A DNA stretch of 64,000 nucleotides from Eledone cirrhosa (lineage: Eukaryota): the NCBI GenBank assembly GCA_964016885.1, contig OZ024760.1, forward strand, positions 21,080,001 to 21,144,000, in the 5' to 3' direction. The stretch's first letter is position 1; each line of letters opens with the position of its first letter. Position numbers and translations under genes: made by a program. Shown here piece by piece: positions 1 to 12,469 of the stretch. The notes beneath the pieces are model-generated. The model was given only the letters and a program-made list of their open reading frames with translations. It did not search any database and had not been told where the DNA came from.

Positions 1-810
1 CTGTAGTAATGAGAGAGGGAGGGAGGGGGAGGTAAAAGGAACAGTCTCCTGTAGTAATGAGAGAGGGAGGGAGGGGGAGGTAAAAGGAACAGTCTCCTGT
101 AGTAATGAGAGAGAGGGAGGGAGGGGGAGGTAAAAGGATCAGTCTCCTGTAGTAATGAGAGAGAGGGAGGGAGGGGGAGGTAAAAGGATCAGTCTCCTGT
201 AGTAATGAGAGAGGGAGGGAGGGGGAGGTAAAAGGAACAGTCTCCTGTAGTAATGAGAGAGGGAGGGAGGGGGAGGTAAAAGGAACAGTCTCCTGTAGTA
301 ATGAGAGAGAGGGAGGGAGGGGGAGGTAGGAGGTAAAAGGAACAGTCTCCTGTAGTAATGAGAGAGGGAGGGAGGGGGAGGTAGGAGGTAAAAGGATCAG
401 TCTCCTGTAGTAATGAGAGAGAGGGAGGGAGGGGGAGGTAAAAGGAACAGTCTCCTGTAGTAATGAGAGAGAGGGAGGGAGGGGGAGGTAAAAGGAACAG
501 TCTCCTGTAGTAATGAGAGAGAGGGAGGGAGGGGGAGGTAAAAGGATCAGTCTCCTGTAGTAATGAGAGAGAGGGAGGGAGGGGGAGGTAAAAGGATCAG
601 TCTCCTGTAGTAATGAGAGAGAGGGAGGGAGGGGGAGGTAAAAGGAACAGTCTCCTGTAGTAATGAGAGAGGGAGGGAGGGGGAGGTAAAAGGAACAGTC
701 TCCTGTAGTAATGTGAGAGAGAGGGAGGGAGGGGGAGGTAAAAGGAACAGTCTCCTGTAGTAATGAGAGAGAGGGAGGGAGGGGGAGGTAAAAGGAACAG
801 TCTCCTGTAG
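1..810. repeat. Purine-rich minisatellite, about 50-52 bp unit (ctgtagtaatgagagagagggagggagggggaggtaaaaggaacagtctc), runs off the window start
   Basis: Tandem units directly visible; same family as the reverse-oriented array at 20519-22782. Confidence 0.97.
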
Positions 811-2028
811 AGATATACGACTTGTAATATGGAATGGGTGTGTGTGGACTGTGTAGTGGACACGAGACATCCTTAAATATATATTTTGTTACTGATAATG
901 AATAAATCAACGACACGACTATAACGCAACGATATAAAGTAAATATGATACAAGGGAGATAACTCTAAAAATACAAAAGGAGATGGGAGATAACTCTACA
1001 GATAAACAGTGTAGGGGAAATAATTTTCGATATTTACTGATTTTTTTTTCTTTTAGTTCAAACCTCTGAGCTCGCGTTTAAACCGGTTGATGGTGGTGGG
1101 GGTTGTTTAATCCCAGGTCAGCCCCAATGGAGCGAACCTATATTGAAAGGCGTTCCAGCCACAACTGTCCCGTCACTGTGCTACTATTTAAAAAAAAAGG
1201 ACAGCAGTGTAATTTGGCTGTCATTTCTAGTAAGTATAGTAATCAGGTAAAGGACTCCTCTGTTTAGCCCTAGGTCAGACCTAATGGATCAGTCCTATGA
1301 TTTAGATATCGAACACATCTAACACTTTCGGTGGATAAGATTTTCTTAGTTACCATAACTACCTGACTATTTAAAAAAAAAAGCTTTTGACCCTCCGTGT
1401 AATCTCATCGACCCCCTTCGTAGACACGTCGACCCATACTCAGGCCCATCGATCCCTGGAATCTGATATGGGACACTTTAGGGACCTCTGGGCTAGAATG
1501 AGAGCATGTAGCTCCATGCTAGGAATTCTGACCTCATAGAATCGATACCGTATCAGTCAATAACTACTAGAAATTTCAATTGATCCTCTATGTAGCCCCA
1601 GAGTCATCCTACAGTCCTCCCACTGTAGTCCCCCCCCCGCCCCACTGTACTCTCACAATCCCTAAGTTCCCTGGACAATCCAACCAATAAACTCCCATGT
1701 GAGTCCCATAATCTTATTTGCAATCTCATCAATCTCTGGATAACTCAATAAGTCCTTGGGAAATCCCATTGACCAATGTGTAGTTCCATAGTCCCGTGGG
1801 TAGTCCTATCAACACCTAGGTGGGTCAATATCAACAACTTTTGTCCCACCCCCACCCTATCTCCTCTGGATTGTAAAAAAAATTATTTATTAACCACACA
1901 TCTGTTTGTTTGAATTTATTTGAAATACCATTTCTAAAGTGATATTTTTGTTTTTAAATTCTCTTGCTCCACCACTTCTTCTAGGTCCCAACTGCCATTG
2001 CAAGTCTCTGTCTGTTGACCTCAGTATT

Positions 2029-4020
2029 ATGTACTGTGATGAAACAAGTTTGAAGGAAAGAAATGACAAGCTACACAAATTGTATGAGACTGGGTTCTAT
2101 ACGGATGTTATTCTTAAAGTCAACAACGATATTGTAGGAGTCCATGCAGTGGTTCTCAGCTCTGCAAGTGAGTATTTCCAAGTGATGTTTCAGTCGAGTT
2201 TTCGTGAGAGTTCTACCAAAACCATCGATTTCTCCAGCTCCTTTGAGGACATTGCTGTTCTCAAGCTAGTAATTGATTACATGTATACTGGGAAAGTGAT
2301 GTTACGTAGAAAGACCCTTGAACAAGTTCTCGGTGCGGCTCATCTATTTATGCTCCATAGTTTGAAAGATTATTGCGCACAGTTCCTTCTTGAACAGTTA
2401 CAGCCCCAGAATGTCCTCTGGACATGGAAACTTTCTTATTTATACGAAATGAAAGAACTTGAAATTGTATGCAGCTCCTTATTGTCAATTATTTTCTGTC
2501 GAGAGATCATAGATGAAACCGATCTGGTTGACTACACATCCAAATGTATAGCTGCAATGTTAGATAATAAGGAACTGATAAAAGGTGCCAGGCACGATGA
2601 TATCAGCTATTTGATTATTTCCTGGATGAATGCAGGGGATTTTGATATCCGTAAAGACATAGCCAAGTCACTTTTGTTAAAATACCTCAATGACCAGGCT
2701 TTAGATGTTATACTGGAGGCTGTTCATGGTCTGACAAATTCTTACAATGTGCCAACTTCGCAACTTAGTTTACATCTCCCAGATTTCAATGGAAAAATCA
2801 GTTGGAAGCGTTCTGCAGAACCTGTTGAGCAAGTGACCTCACCAATAAATAAGTCTGACCTTCAACCTCGATTTTATGGCCTTTTGGTGCAAGAGAGATA
2901 CTGTCATGGGATAAATATATATTGTGCTGAAACTAAGAAATGGACTTTTGATTCCTTGAATCACAGTGGAACACCACTTGGTATTATCAACAATAACTAT
3001 TTGGTGTCACTTGGGAAAGATATTTATAACATCAATTTGACAAATTTATCAACCAAAGTTGCTGAAGTCATGCCATCTGTCCTACGAACTGTGATGCGAG
3101 AGGGACGTACTGTAAATCCCTTTAAAGAAGCAACTCATTATTTTTGTCAATCTGGAAGACTTCATGTAATTATGAACTGCTGGGATCGTACAAACACTGG
3201 ATTAGTATTTTCTCTGTATGTCTATGATATTGTAAAATGTTGGTCACACGTGTTGGATATTGAACAGAATCTTAATGGATCTAGTTTTGAGAGTGGATCA
3301 GTCCTGAAGGAGGATTTCACTGTGAAACTTCATGCAATATCTGGAGAAAATAACACAGCATTCGTTGTTGCCCAGATTACTCAAAACATCATTCATACAA
3401 ATCCAGACACATTGGCGAACCCTATGGAATCTAGTATTCCTATTTCTTTCTTATACCGAATTGATATTTGCAGAGGAGAGTATAGACTGCTTTCTGATAC
3501 TTTTGTTAAACTGAATGATATACAGTTAAATCAAGCAATTTTATTTAACGGGAAGCTGCATTTTTTGGATGATTTGGGGGGAATAAATGAATGGAATTCT
3601 GAGAATGCTGATTATGAAGGTCAAGTAACAAAGAGCATTTGTTATGATATGGAAATCAATAAATGGACAGAGAATGAAATTGAAATACCAAAGCCCCAAA
3701 TTTGTCGTTTACCCTTAAAAAACCAAAACGACTTCCCTCGAAGTTCTGTCAAAGTTTGTGGGCCAATATTGTGTGCTTCTATACACTTGAGTCCTTATAT
3801 TTTCCATGTCTATCTGTTTGATGTTAACGTATTTGAATGGAGTAAACTTCCAAATATCTTGAGCCCCTCAGTGTCTGATATGGCCGTTTATCCAGTTTGC
3901 TCCAAGCGACCACTAAGTCATTTATTTAAAGGAGAAAAGTCCCCGAAGCAAATAGAAACTTCAGGGTTTCTTTTCATGAATTCGTTATTAGAAAGTTGTA
4001 AAGGTATTAAAGCTAGCTAA
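2029..4020 (+). CDS. BTB/POZ-BACK domain protein with divergent kelch-like C-terminus (KLHL/KBTBD-like), single large coding exon
   Basis: Uninterrupted ORF 1939-4020. BTB signature 'FYTDVILKVNNDIVGVHAVVLSSASEYFQVMFQSSFRES...LVIDYMYTGKV...VLGAAHLFMLHSLKDYCAQFL', then BACK-like 'NVLWTWKLSYLYEMKEL' and kelch-like 'CYDMEINKW', 'FDVNVFEWSKLP'. First in-frame ATG at 2029, preceded by a pyrimidine tract and AG acceptor ending at 1984, so an upstream exon is likely. Confidence 0.9.
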   Translation: MYCDETSLKERNDKLHKLYETGFYTDVILKVNNDIVGVHAVVLSSASEYFQVMFQSSFRESSTKTIDFSSSFEDIAVLKLVIDYMYTGKVMLRRKTLEQVLGAAHLFMLHSLKDYCAQFLLEQLQPQNVLWTWKLSYLYEMKELEIVCSSLLSIIFCREIIDETDLVDYTSKCIAAMLDNKELIKGARHDDISYLIISWMNAGDFDIRKDIAKSLLLKYLNDQALDVILEAVHGLTNSYNVPTSQLSLHLPDFNGKISWKRSAEPVEQVTSPINKSDLQPRFYGLLVQERYCHGINIYCAETKKWTFDSLNHSGTPLGIINNNYLVSLGKDIYNINLTNLSTKVAEVMPSVLRTVMREGRTVNPFKEATHYFCQSGRLHVIMNCWDRTNTGLVFSLYVYDIVKCWSHVLDIEQNLNGSSFESGSVLKEDFTVKLHAISGENNTAFVVAQITQNIIHTNPDTLANPMESSIPISFLYRIDICRGEYRLLSDTFVKLNDIQLNQAILFNGKLHFLDDLGGINEWNSENADYEGQVTKSICYDMEINKWTENEIEIPKPQICRLPLKNQNDFPRSSVKVCGPILCASIHLSPYIFHVYLFDVNVFEWSKLPNILSPSVSDMAVYPVCSKRPLSHLFKGEKSPKQIETSGFLFMNSLLESCKGIKAS

Positions 4021-4878
4021 ACCACTTTCAATCAAAAATCACTGAGTTATTGGGAAGGTATTACAACTATCTTATGAATTGACAATAAAAAATCAGTTAA
4101 AATTTAATATTACTGTTATTTAAACAGATAAAAGAAACTTTTTTGATCTCTTTAAATTTTCGTTAATGGTGGAGCTCACACAAGTAAAAATATCTGATGG
4201 ACAAAGAAAAAAGAAAAAAAAACACAAATGCTAAAATTTAGAGCTGAGTTTTTTTTTTATTTCTTTAAGAAAAAAAATCTATTGGATAAAAAAACATCTA
4301 AAGAATTCTAACCAAAGAAGGATTTCATCTGTGATTATTTTCTCCATCACAACTTTCATGACATATTTTCGAGTGTTTTTCTTCTATTTCTTATCCTTTA
4401 TTTTGAAACACATATTTCGACCAATTCTGACATCTAACAGTGAAGCCACAATTTACAACATTCTAGATTATGTAAATTTGATACAATGTAATTTATTTTA
4501 TTTTTAAATTTTTTCTGAAAATATCCTAACACCACATCAAAAAACTTCGAAGTTTTTTTTAAATTTTTTTATTACACCAGAACTTATGTGCATTATCTAT
4601 GAATGTATGTGTTTATATATGTAAATATATATTTATATGTATATAAGTTTGTATATGTAAATATATCTGTATATATATATTTGTATGTATATTTGTGTAT
4701 GTAAATATATGTATATTTGTGTGTATATACATATACATCTACTATTTCAACTTGATATTTCGCTACATTTCTTTTCATTTTTATTCTTTTATATTTTTAA
4801 TTCTACCATTTCAGTATTTTATTTTCATTATAAAAAAATTACAAATATATATATATATGGCCATAGTCTAATGACTGC

Positions 4879-4964
4879 AACCAGTAAAGGAATGCTTTTC
4901 ATTATAAATTTAGTAACAAAAAGCTTAAACACTAAAAAGTTTGAAAATGTGATGAAAAAATGTA

Positions 4965-5012
<48 letters not shown>

Positions 5013-5098
5013 TACATTTTTTCATCACATTTTCAAACTTTTTAGTGTTTAAGCTTTTTGTTACTAAATTTATAATGAAAAGCATTCCTTTACTGGTT
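4879..5098. repeat. Near-perfect inverted repeat (about 88 bp arms) enclosing a (TA)n tract
   Basis: aaccagtaaaggaatgc...aatgtactt-(TA)n-aagtacatt...gcattcctttactggtt are reverse complements. Confidence 0.93.
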
Positions 5099-5347
5099 AC
5101 GGCCATGCTGGGGCTCCACCTTGAAGAGATTTTTGTTGACCATAAGTCTCATTCTTATTTTATTTCTTTTTTTGACAAACTGTTAAGTCATGAGACAGAC
5201 ACAACACATTTCCCTCAAAAGACATTGGTTAACTTAAGGCTACAGTAGAAGACAATTGTTCAAGGTGTCACACTGTGAGATTGAACCTGAAACTATGTGC
5301 TTGTGAAGGGAACTTTTTAAGCTATTATTTTCACCTTTTATTTTCAA

Positions 5348-5536
5348 GGTGGATTGGCAGTATCGGTAGAGGGCCGGACGCCATGCTTTAACGCACAGAA
5401 TTACGGCCCTTGCCATTCTGAGTCCAAATCTCGCCGAGGTTAACTTTGCCTTTCATCCTTACAGGGTCGATAAAATAAAGTACCAGTAATGTACTGGGTA
5501 ATTATTGGCCTTTTGTCAAAAGTAGAAACAATTATT
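5348..5536 (+). mobile_element. tRNA-derived SINE, family A (ggcggtggattggcagtatcggtaga...gtagaaacaatt)
   Basis: A-box-like TGGCAGTATCGG and degenerate B box gagtccaaatct; about 8 related copies in the window. Confidence 0.85.
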
Positions 5537-6415
5537 TTCAAAGGAACATTTCTTCAAATCATTTCACTCTATTTTCAAGGGAACATTTCACTTTATTTTT
5601 AAAGAGACATTGAGTAACAGTAGATCCAGTTTTGAAATAAGTTTTTTTTAAAATCCTCGATAGCAGTATATCTGGTTTTGAGAGAATGTTTTTTTAAATC
5701 CAGGATAATGGTTTAAAAAAGAACTATATTACACATACATGTGTACTTGCCCTGCCCACATGCTGATAAGGAGGGTGGAGATTCTGATAATGTACATAAA
5801 ATGTATTCAATATTTGTGAGAAAATTATAATATATTTAAGATATCAATTTATGACCGAAGTATATGATAATTACCATATGTACTCAAATATAAGCTGGCC
5901 CCGTTATTTTATGTCTGAGAAATGGGCAAAAATCCAAACCTTATTTATGTAGAATTTGAAGTTGATGAAAATCACCAAAATATTGATCTCGAATATAAGC
6001 CAACCCCTTCTACCTACAATTTTTTATTTATTATTATTTTTTTGGTCATATATTACTTAACTTATCATCATTACCGTTTTACATCCATTCTTCCATACGG
6101 TATATCTGTATATACACTAAATCAAAGTAACTGACACTGCATACAATGAGTATATAAATTTAAACATTGTGTTGACATGTAAACTTGTCAAATATACATA
6201 TTTTTCTGTAAACTGCATGAAAATAAATAAAATGTAAGAAATATATAAAATATTTTATGTTTGTGAGAAACGTTTTCTTTTGCTAACATTCTTTCAATGA
6301 CTTATTGGGAATAAGAGTTCATTGACATTTACATATATTAATGCTGGCACACATACTCATGCACTCAGTCCCTCCTGCCCACACACATGTGTACAAAGAG
6401 GAAGGAGATACTGAT

Positions 6416-6463
<48 letters not shown>

Positions 6464-6468
<5 letters not shown>

Positions 6469-6610
6469 AGGCACATGGCTTAGTGGTTAGAGCATTCGCC
6501 TTGCAATCGAAAGGTTGTGAGTTCAATTCTCAGACCGGGCGATGTGTTGTTTCCTTGAGCAAGGCACTTTATTTCACATTGCTCCAGTTTACTCAGCTGT
6601 AGAAATGAGA
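6464..6610 (+). mobile_element. tRNA-derived SINE, family B
   Basis: A box TGGCTTAGTGG, B box GAGTTCAATTC, body ccttgagcaaggcactttatttcacattgctc; related copies at 39850-40070 and 54785-54900 (-). Confidence 0.85.
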
Positions 6611-6907
6611 TGATAGATCATTTCACTGCAAAGTGGTCGTGGAGGTGCCACGGCAAAAAAGCACCCAGCACTCACTGTAAATGAGGTTGGTGTTAGGAAG
6701 GGCATCCAGCTGTAGAAATCAAGCCAGAATCAGTTCCTGTCCCACCCTTGCAAGCAGGGAAAAGTGGACGTAAAATGAAATGATGATGAATGATGATATA
6801 TATATATATAAATGAAGTATTTCCGTCGGAACGGTACAGGAAAAAAGAATGCTCTATGCAGGCTACAGAGCTTATTAGTTATGTAATAAACAACATAAGA
6901 TAAATAT

Positions 6908-6970
6908 TTCATTTACCAGTGGTTTCTTGAAGGCAGAAATATTATATCTGTCTTCAGTCGTCAGAATGAA
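6908..6970 (-). ncRNA. Type I hammerhead ribozyme motif
   Basis: Minus strand reads ttcatt-CTGACGA-ctgaagacaga..tctgccttcaa-GAA-ACCAcTGGT-A-aatgaa; 6 bp stem I, GUA triplet. Confidence 0.8.
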
Positions 6971-7054
6971 TAAATAACATGGTGTTTTTATTAAATATAG
7001 GTTTGAAAACCTGGTTTTTCAAATCCATATTTAATAAAAACACCATGTTATTTA

Positions 7055-7117
7055 TTCATTCTGATGACTGAAGACAGATATAATATTTCTGCCTTCAAGA
7101 AACCACTGGTAAATGAA
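7055..7117 (+). ncRNA. Type I hammerhead ribozyme motif
   Basis: ttcatt-CTGATGA-stem II (tgaagacaga/tctgccttca)-GAA-ACCAcTGGT-A-aatgaa; predicted cleavage after 7111 (GUA). Confidence 0.82.
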
Positions 7118-7233
7118 ATATTTATCTTATGTTGTTTATTACATAACTATATATATATATATTTATATATATATACACACACACGTGTATATATATATAT
7201 ATATATACACACACATATATATACACACACGTG

Positions 7234-7265
<32 letters not shown>

Positions 7266-7624
7266 TGTGCGAGTATGTATGTATATATATTTATATATAT
7301 ATATATACACGTGTATATATATATATATACACATATGTGTGTATGTATGTATATATATGTGTGTGTGTATATATATATATATTGAGGTTTGTAGCAAAAA
7401 TGAATTGCAATAAATAACAATTATTATATATCTCTTAGTTTGATATAACAGCACTCTTTCTCTCTATCACTCTCACTCACTCTCACTTTCCCTCTCTCTC
7501 TCTCGCAACCCCCCTCCTTCCACTCACCTCACTTTGGGTGAGACTGAGATTAGCCACATTCACCATCATCACCTTTTGCCTGCATCACAACCACCATTGC
7601 CTGCACCACCATTGTGTCTAATAT

Positions 7625-7835
7625 CACAGCCACTACCACCACCGATGTCACCATCACCACCACAACTACCACTGTCACCACCACCACCACCACAACTACC
7701 ACTGTTACCACCACCACCACCACTGTTACCACCACCACCACCACAACTACCACTGTTACCACCACCACCACAACTACCACTGTTACCACCACCACCACCA
7801 CAACTACCACTGTTACCACCACCACCACCACCAGC
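7625..7835. repeat. (CAC)n-based degenerate repeat
   Basis: accaccaccacaactaccactgtt units. Confidence 0.9.
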
Positions 7836-8196
7836 ACTTATTTTTGCAAGTCTGGTACCTATTTTATCAATGTCTTCTTGTTGAACTGCTAAGTCAAGGG
7901 ACATAAACATACACACACACAGTGTTTCTGTGTACCAAATTTCCCTCCCAAATTATCGGTTATCTCCAGGCTGTAGTATAAGATACATATTCAAAGTACT
8001 ATACAATTGACTGAACCCACATCCATGTGGCAACAAATTTCCTAACTACACAGACACACATCTACCTAAACCAGTCATGTGGCCCACATATGACCCATTT
8101 GGTTATCTCCATGGCATTTCCATCAATTATTTAGTAGTTCGGCCCACCTTATGATGGGCCAAATTCTATGTGGCCCACCACTGATCTATTAGATAG

Positions 8197-8576
8197 ATTT
8201 CTTTATTAGCCACAAGGGCGCAACAAGAAAGGGGACAATACAAAGACATGCCGGGGATTTTACATACAGTCGTGTAAAAAATATAAAAACAAACAATTTT
8301 AACAATCGAAATCCCCAATAGGGGGGAGGCGCCACAAATGGGTTGTTTAATACCCCGTCGATAGAACAACCCTCAACTCAAGGAGCGTGTTGTGCAAGTG
8401 CTCCTTTCTTCCTTTTGCTCTCTTCCTCAACCTACAGGCTTATAAACAGAGAAGGCCCAATCACTCGGGCCATTTTCGCTTCATTCACCCACCTTTCAGT
8501 AAATTTACTGGGGTGCAGTGCCTCTCTCTCCACCCTGATTCTCCTTCTAAAGTGATACTTAAAGAATGGAATCAAT
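8197..8576 (-). mobile_element. 5'-truncated L1/Tx1-type LINE 3' end with 15 bp target-site duplication
   Basis: tgatctattagatag at 8182-8196 and 8577-8591 flanks a sequence resembling the 3' end of the Tx1 copy at 50262-50650 (ttctttatt(a/g)gccacaaggg...). Confidence 0.7.
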
Positions 8577-9369
8577 TGATCTATTAGATAGTGGAACGTT
8601 TTTGTTTTTTAATATGGTTGGCTATTATTAGGGGGAAGATTTTGTTATTATTTCTAGCTAGTTGATTAATCACTTTGAGTCTCTCTATCATTTGCTTAGT
8701 TTTTCATGAATTATGGAGGTGAAGTCCCCCTCACAAGTTCTTCTCCTTCACGAGTCCCTCCCCCCAGTTGACCTCCCTCACCAGTGGTGCCCCAGCATGG
8801 CCACAGTTTCCCAAATTTCATCAGCTTATCTTTAAGATATAAAATTTGAAATTATTTCTAACTCCAGACTTTCTATTATTACTGCGACATGTTCTAAATA
8901 TTGAAAAATGTTAAAACAAAGAAACAAGACATCTTAGTTCCCCTAATAGTTGATTAAATCAACACATGGGGCACTTGGCTGCTGTTAATTTTATTGACCA
9001 GCAGAAGTGTGAAAGGCAAGTGTTTCAGAGCTCCAGGGGAGGGGGGAGTTTTGGAGCAAGGGGCTTTTAGGGGCGCGTTTGAAGCTTAGCGGAGGCATTG
9101 GAAGGCTCTTTACTTAGGTAAGTTTTATAAGCCATATCTCTGAATATATTTGATAGCCACTGTGAATATATTTGAATGAAGAAAATAAATAAAAGAAGCT
9201 TGTCAACGAATTCCCTAGGGAGATAAAAGAAAAATGAAAGAAATCAAAGAAAATGAGAGTAAGGGAAACGTCAACTATGACAAGTTACAACAACAACTTC
9301 AACAGAAACGACAAGAAAAAGAAGCAATGGTGATGAAAGGTGTGGGTATATACTTTTGCATGCATACAT

Positions 9370-9972
9370 ACATGGTGGCTGCCAACTCGTTTTCGAGTAC
9401 GGCCACTACTTTATATCCATGTAGGAGAACCCCTACCGATGCGCTGAACGAATGTGACTTTTTAGTCCAGCCAGCGACTTGAAAACTCTGGTACAAAGAC
9501 TACACTTGTGACCATTATTGACACATAGTGCAGGGCCCATGGTACCATGTGATGACAAGTGCAGAGAGATCTCCAGATATAAAGCAATGCCTGTGCTGTG
9601 AAGCTTTTATAGTGAGCAAAGGCACTGCACAAAGCCAGTCCCACTCTCTTAACCAAGATGATATTTACCAAAAAGAAGAACAAGTCAACATCATTGGATA
9701 CCATCAGGGTTGCAGGTGTTATATCAGAGTTTTCCTTCTCCTAGAATTCTGCCTTCACAAAGGCTAAGGGGTCATCTCTCCCGGTGATTTTGGATGGCTA
9801 TTGAGTCTTAAGAGCTCCCTTGCCCTTTGACAGGTTTCGTTTTTAGTCCTGCAGGATGTCCAAAGTCACCCTCCTCACCAAGAAACCTTGGTGGGGTTGC
9901 CAGTTTAGTCGCCAACGACCCGACCATGAGACAGGTTGTACTGGGATACATGTTACCAGTAGCACCAACTGG
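9370..9972 (-). mobile_element. About 600 bp non-autonomous RTE-derived element, copy 1, within (CATA)n
   Basis: Highly similar to 17150-17776; minus strand has the RTE-like 5' UTR motif taggagaaggaaaactctga and a C2H2-like 3' remnant. Confidence 0.7.
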
Positions 9973-10792
9973 TGACCTGACATATATACATACATACATA
10001 CATACACATATACACACACAGTCCTGTGTTGGTGTTTGATGAGGTTGAAAAACTGGTAGTTAATCTCACTAGGTAATAAAATCTGGAGCCAAATTCTCTC
10101 CTTACCAAAAAAACATAAATCATGTCACATATACACTCACTTAAATATAAATGTATGCATATATACAAATATATAAATGTATTATATGTATATATGTATG
10201 TATGTAGTTATATATATATATATAGTTATATATATATATATATATTTATATAATACACACACACACACACATATACATATATATATTTTTTTTCCTTTTT
10301 CAGTGTCGTAGACCTCTGGTGGTAGGGTCTGTACCGTAGATAGAACTCAATGTAATCCAGTAAAATGCGTAGTGAAGTTCTGATTTTTCGTTGGGTTAAT
10401 TCTTTAGATACAGAGTCAGATATTAGGTATTAAATTAAGAATGAAAATAAAAACAACAAACTTATAGAGTAACTTGACTTTGTTGTTTTTATTTTCATTG
10501 TTAATTTAATACCATATATATATGCGTAGTGTGACAAGAAGCTTGTTTCCCAACCACATTTCCGGGTTCAGTCCCACTGCCTGGGCCGACCAAAGCCCTG
10601 TGAGTGGAGTTGATAGACCAAAACTAAAAGAAGCGTGTCGTATATATGTATATATGTCTGTGTGTGTGTGTTTGCCCTACCACCAATGCGTCTTTCAAAG
10701 AGGCTTTCAATGAATCCTTACACCTCTTTTTTGGTTTATGTTTATATATATATGTAGATATACTACATTTGTATGTACATGTGTGTGTACAT

Positions 10793-10845
<53 letters not shown>

Positions 10846-10999
10846 TGTGTATGTAGATGTGTGTGTGTGTATGTACATACAAATGTAGTACACACACACA
10901 CAAAAACCCACATCTAATCTTTGGCAGTTCTATCTCAAAAGCTGTGCAATACACCAGTGACTGCTGTCTATGAAGCTTAGAGAGCGGCGTAGGTGAAGA

Positions 11000-12050
11000 G
11001 AGTGGTGGTGGTGATATAGTGGTGATGGTGGTGGTGATATAGTGGTGGTCGTGATATAGTGGTGGTGGTGGTGGTGATATAGTGGTGGTGATGGTGGTGG
11101 TGGTGATATAGTGGTGGTGGTGGTGGTGATATAGTGGTGGTGGTGGTGGTGATATAGTGGTGGTCGTGATATAGTGGTGGTGGTGGTGGTGATATAGTGG
11201 TGGTGGTGGTGGTGGTGGTGATATGGTGGTGGTGGTGGTGGTGGTGATATAGTGGTGGTGGTGGTGGTGATATAGTGGTGGTGGTGGTGGTGATATAGTG
11301 GTGGTGGTGGTGGTGATATAGTGGTGGTGGTGATATAGTGGTGGTGGTGGTGGTGATGGTGGTGGTGGTGATGGTGGTGGTGGTGATATAGTGGTGGTGG
11401 TGATATAGTGGTGGTGGTGATATAGTGGTGGTGGTGGTGGTGATATAGTGGTGGTGGTGGTGATGGTGGTGGTGATATAGTGGTGGTGGTGGTGATGGTG
11501 GTGGTGATATAGTGGTGGTGGTGATATAGTGGTGGTGGTGATATAGTGGTGGTGGTGATATAGTGGTGGTGGTGGTGGTGATATAGTGGTGGTGGTGATA
11601 TAGTGGTGGTGGTGATATAGTGGTGGTGGTGATATAGTGGTGGTGGTGATATAGTGGTGGTGGTGGTGGTGATATAGTGGTGGTGGTGATATAGTGGTGG
11701 TGATATAGTGGCGGGGTATGGTTGTAGTCGTGGTGGTGATATAGTGGTGGTGATGATATAGTGGTGGTGGTAGTGGTGGTGATATAGTGGTGGTGGTGAT
11801 ATAGTGGCGGGGTATGGTTGTAGTCGTGGTGGTGGTGATGGTGGTGGTGATATAGTGGTGGTGATATAGTGGCGGGGTATGGTTGTAGTCGTGGTGGTGG
11901 TGATGGTGGTGGTGATATAGTGGTGGTGCTGGTGGTGGTGGTGATATAGTGGTGGTGATGGTGGTGGTGATATAGTGGCGGGGTATGGTTGTAGTCGTGT
12001 TGGTGGCGGTGGTGATATAGTGGTGGTGGTCGAGTGGTAGAGTGGGTTTA
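11000..12050. repeat. (GGT)n/gatatagt compound simple repeat
   Basis: Low-complexity array; explains the spurious 445 aa ORF. Confidence 0.95.
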
Positions 12051-12231
12051 TAGTGATTACAATGACAGTGGTGGTTTTGATATGAGAAACCTGAAACCAT
12101 CAGTGACTAGATAATAATGTCACAAGTAGTACAGTCTTAGGAACTTATTCCCATCAAACTTCATCTTCATTTCTTTGGCATCCTCTCCTTATATTATATA
12201 ATATACACACATACATATATGTGTGTGTGTG

Positions 12232-12266
<35 letters not shown>

Positions 12267-12469
12267 AACATTGTGAGTAGAAGTTCTACCAAAAGTTTAA
12301 CAACTTGACATTTTTGCAGGAACTGGGTTTTGTTAAGAGATACCCTAGAAAAAAAAGCTGATCTCAGCAAATTGTCTGATATACATGTATGTAGTAAACA
12401 CTAGCAATGCAAACATAAGGGCCTGGGTTTGATTCCATTGTGTGAGACCTTGGGCATGTGTCATTTACC

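Larger units (their letters stand above)
6811..7149. mobile_element. Palindromic short element between (TA)n tracts, probable Penelope-like pseudo-LTR pair (head-to-head)
   Basis: Arms 6876-7011 and 7013-7149 are near-perfect reverse complements; each carries a hammerhead motif. Confidence 0.75.

Noticed and set aside
1939-2028. N-terminal extension of the BTB ORF from the GTG start
   Set aside because: Non-ATG start overlapping a polypyrimidine tract and AG acceptor; likely intron plus UTR or a spliced region.
6464-6540. tRNA gene
   Set aside because: The A/B boxes continue into a repeated SINE body with no proper acceptor stem or terminator.
10763-12100. 445 aa His/Pro/Thr-rich ORF, and the 465/566 aa ORFs at 24902-26676
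   Set aside because: Translations of (CAC)n/(GGT)n simple repeats, open in several frames, with no domain or splice support.
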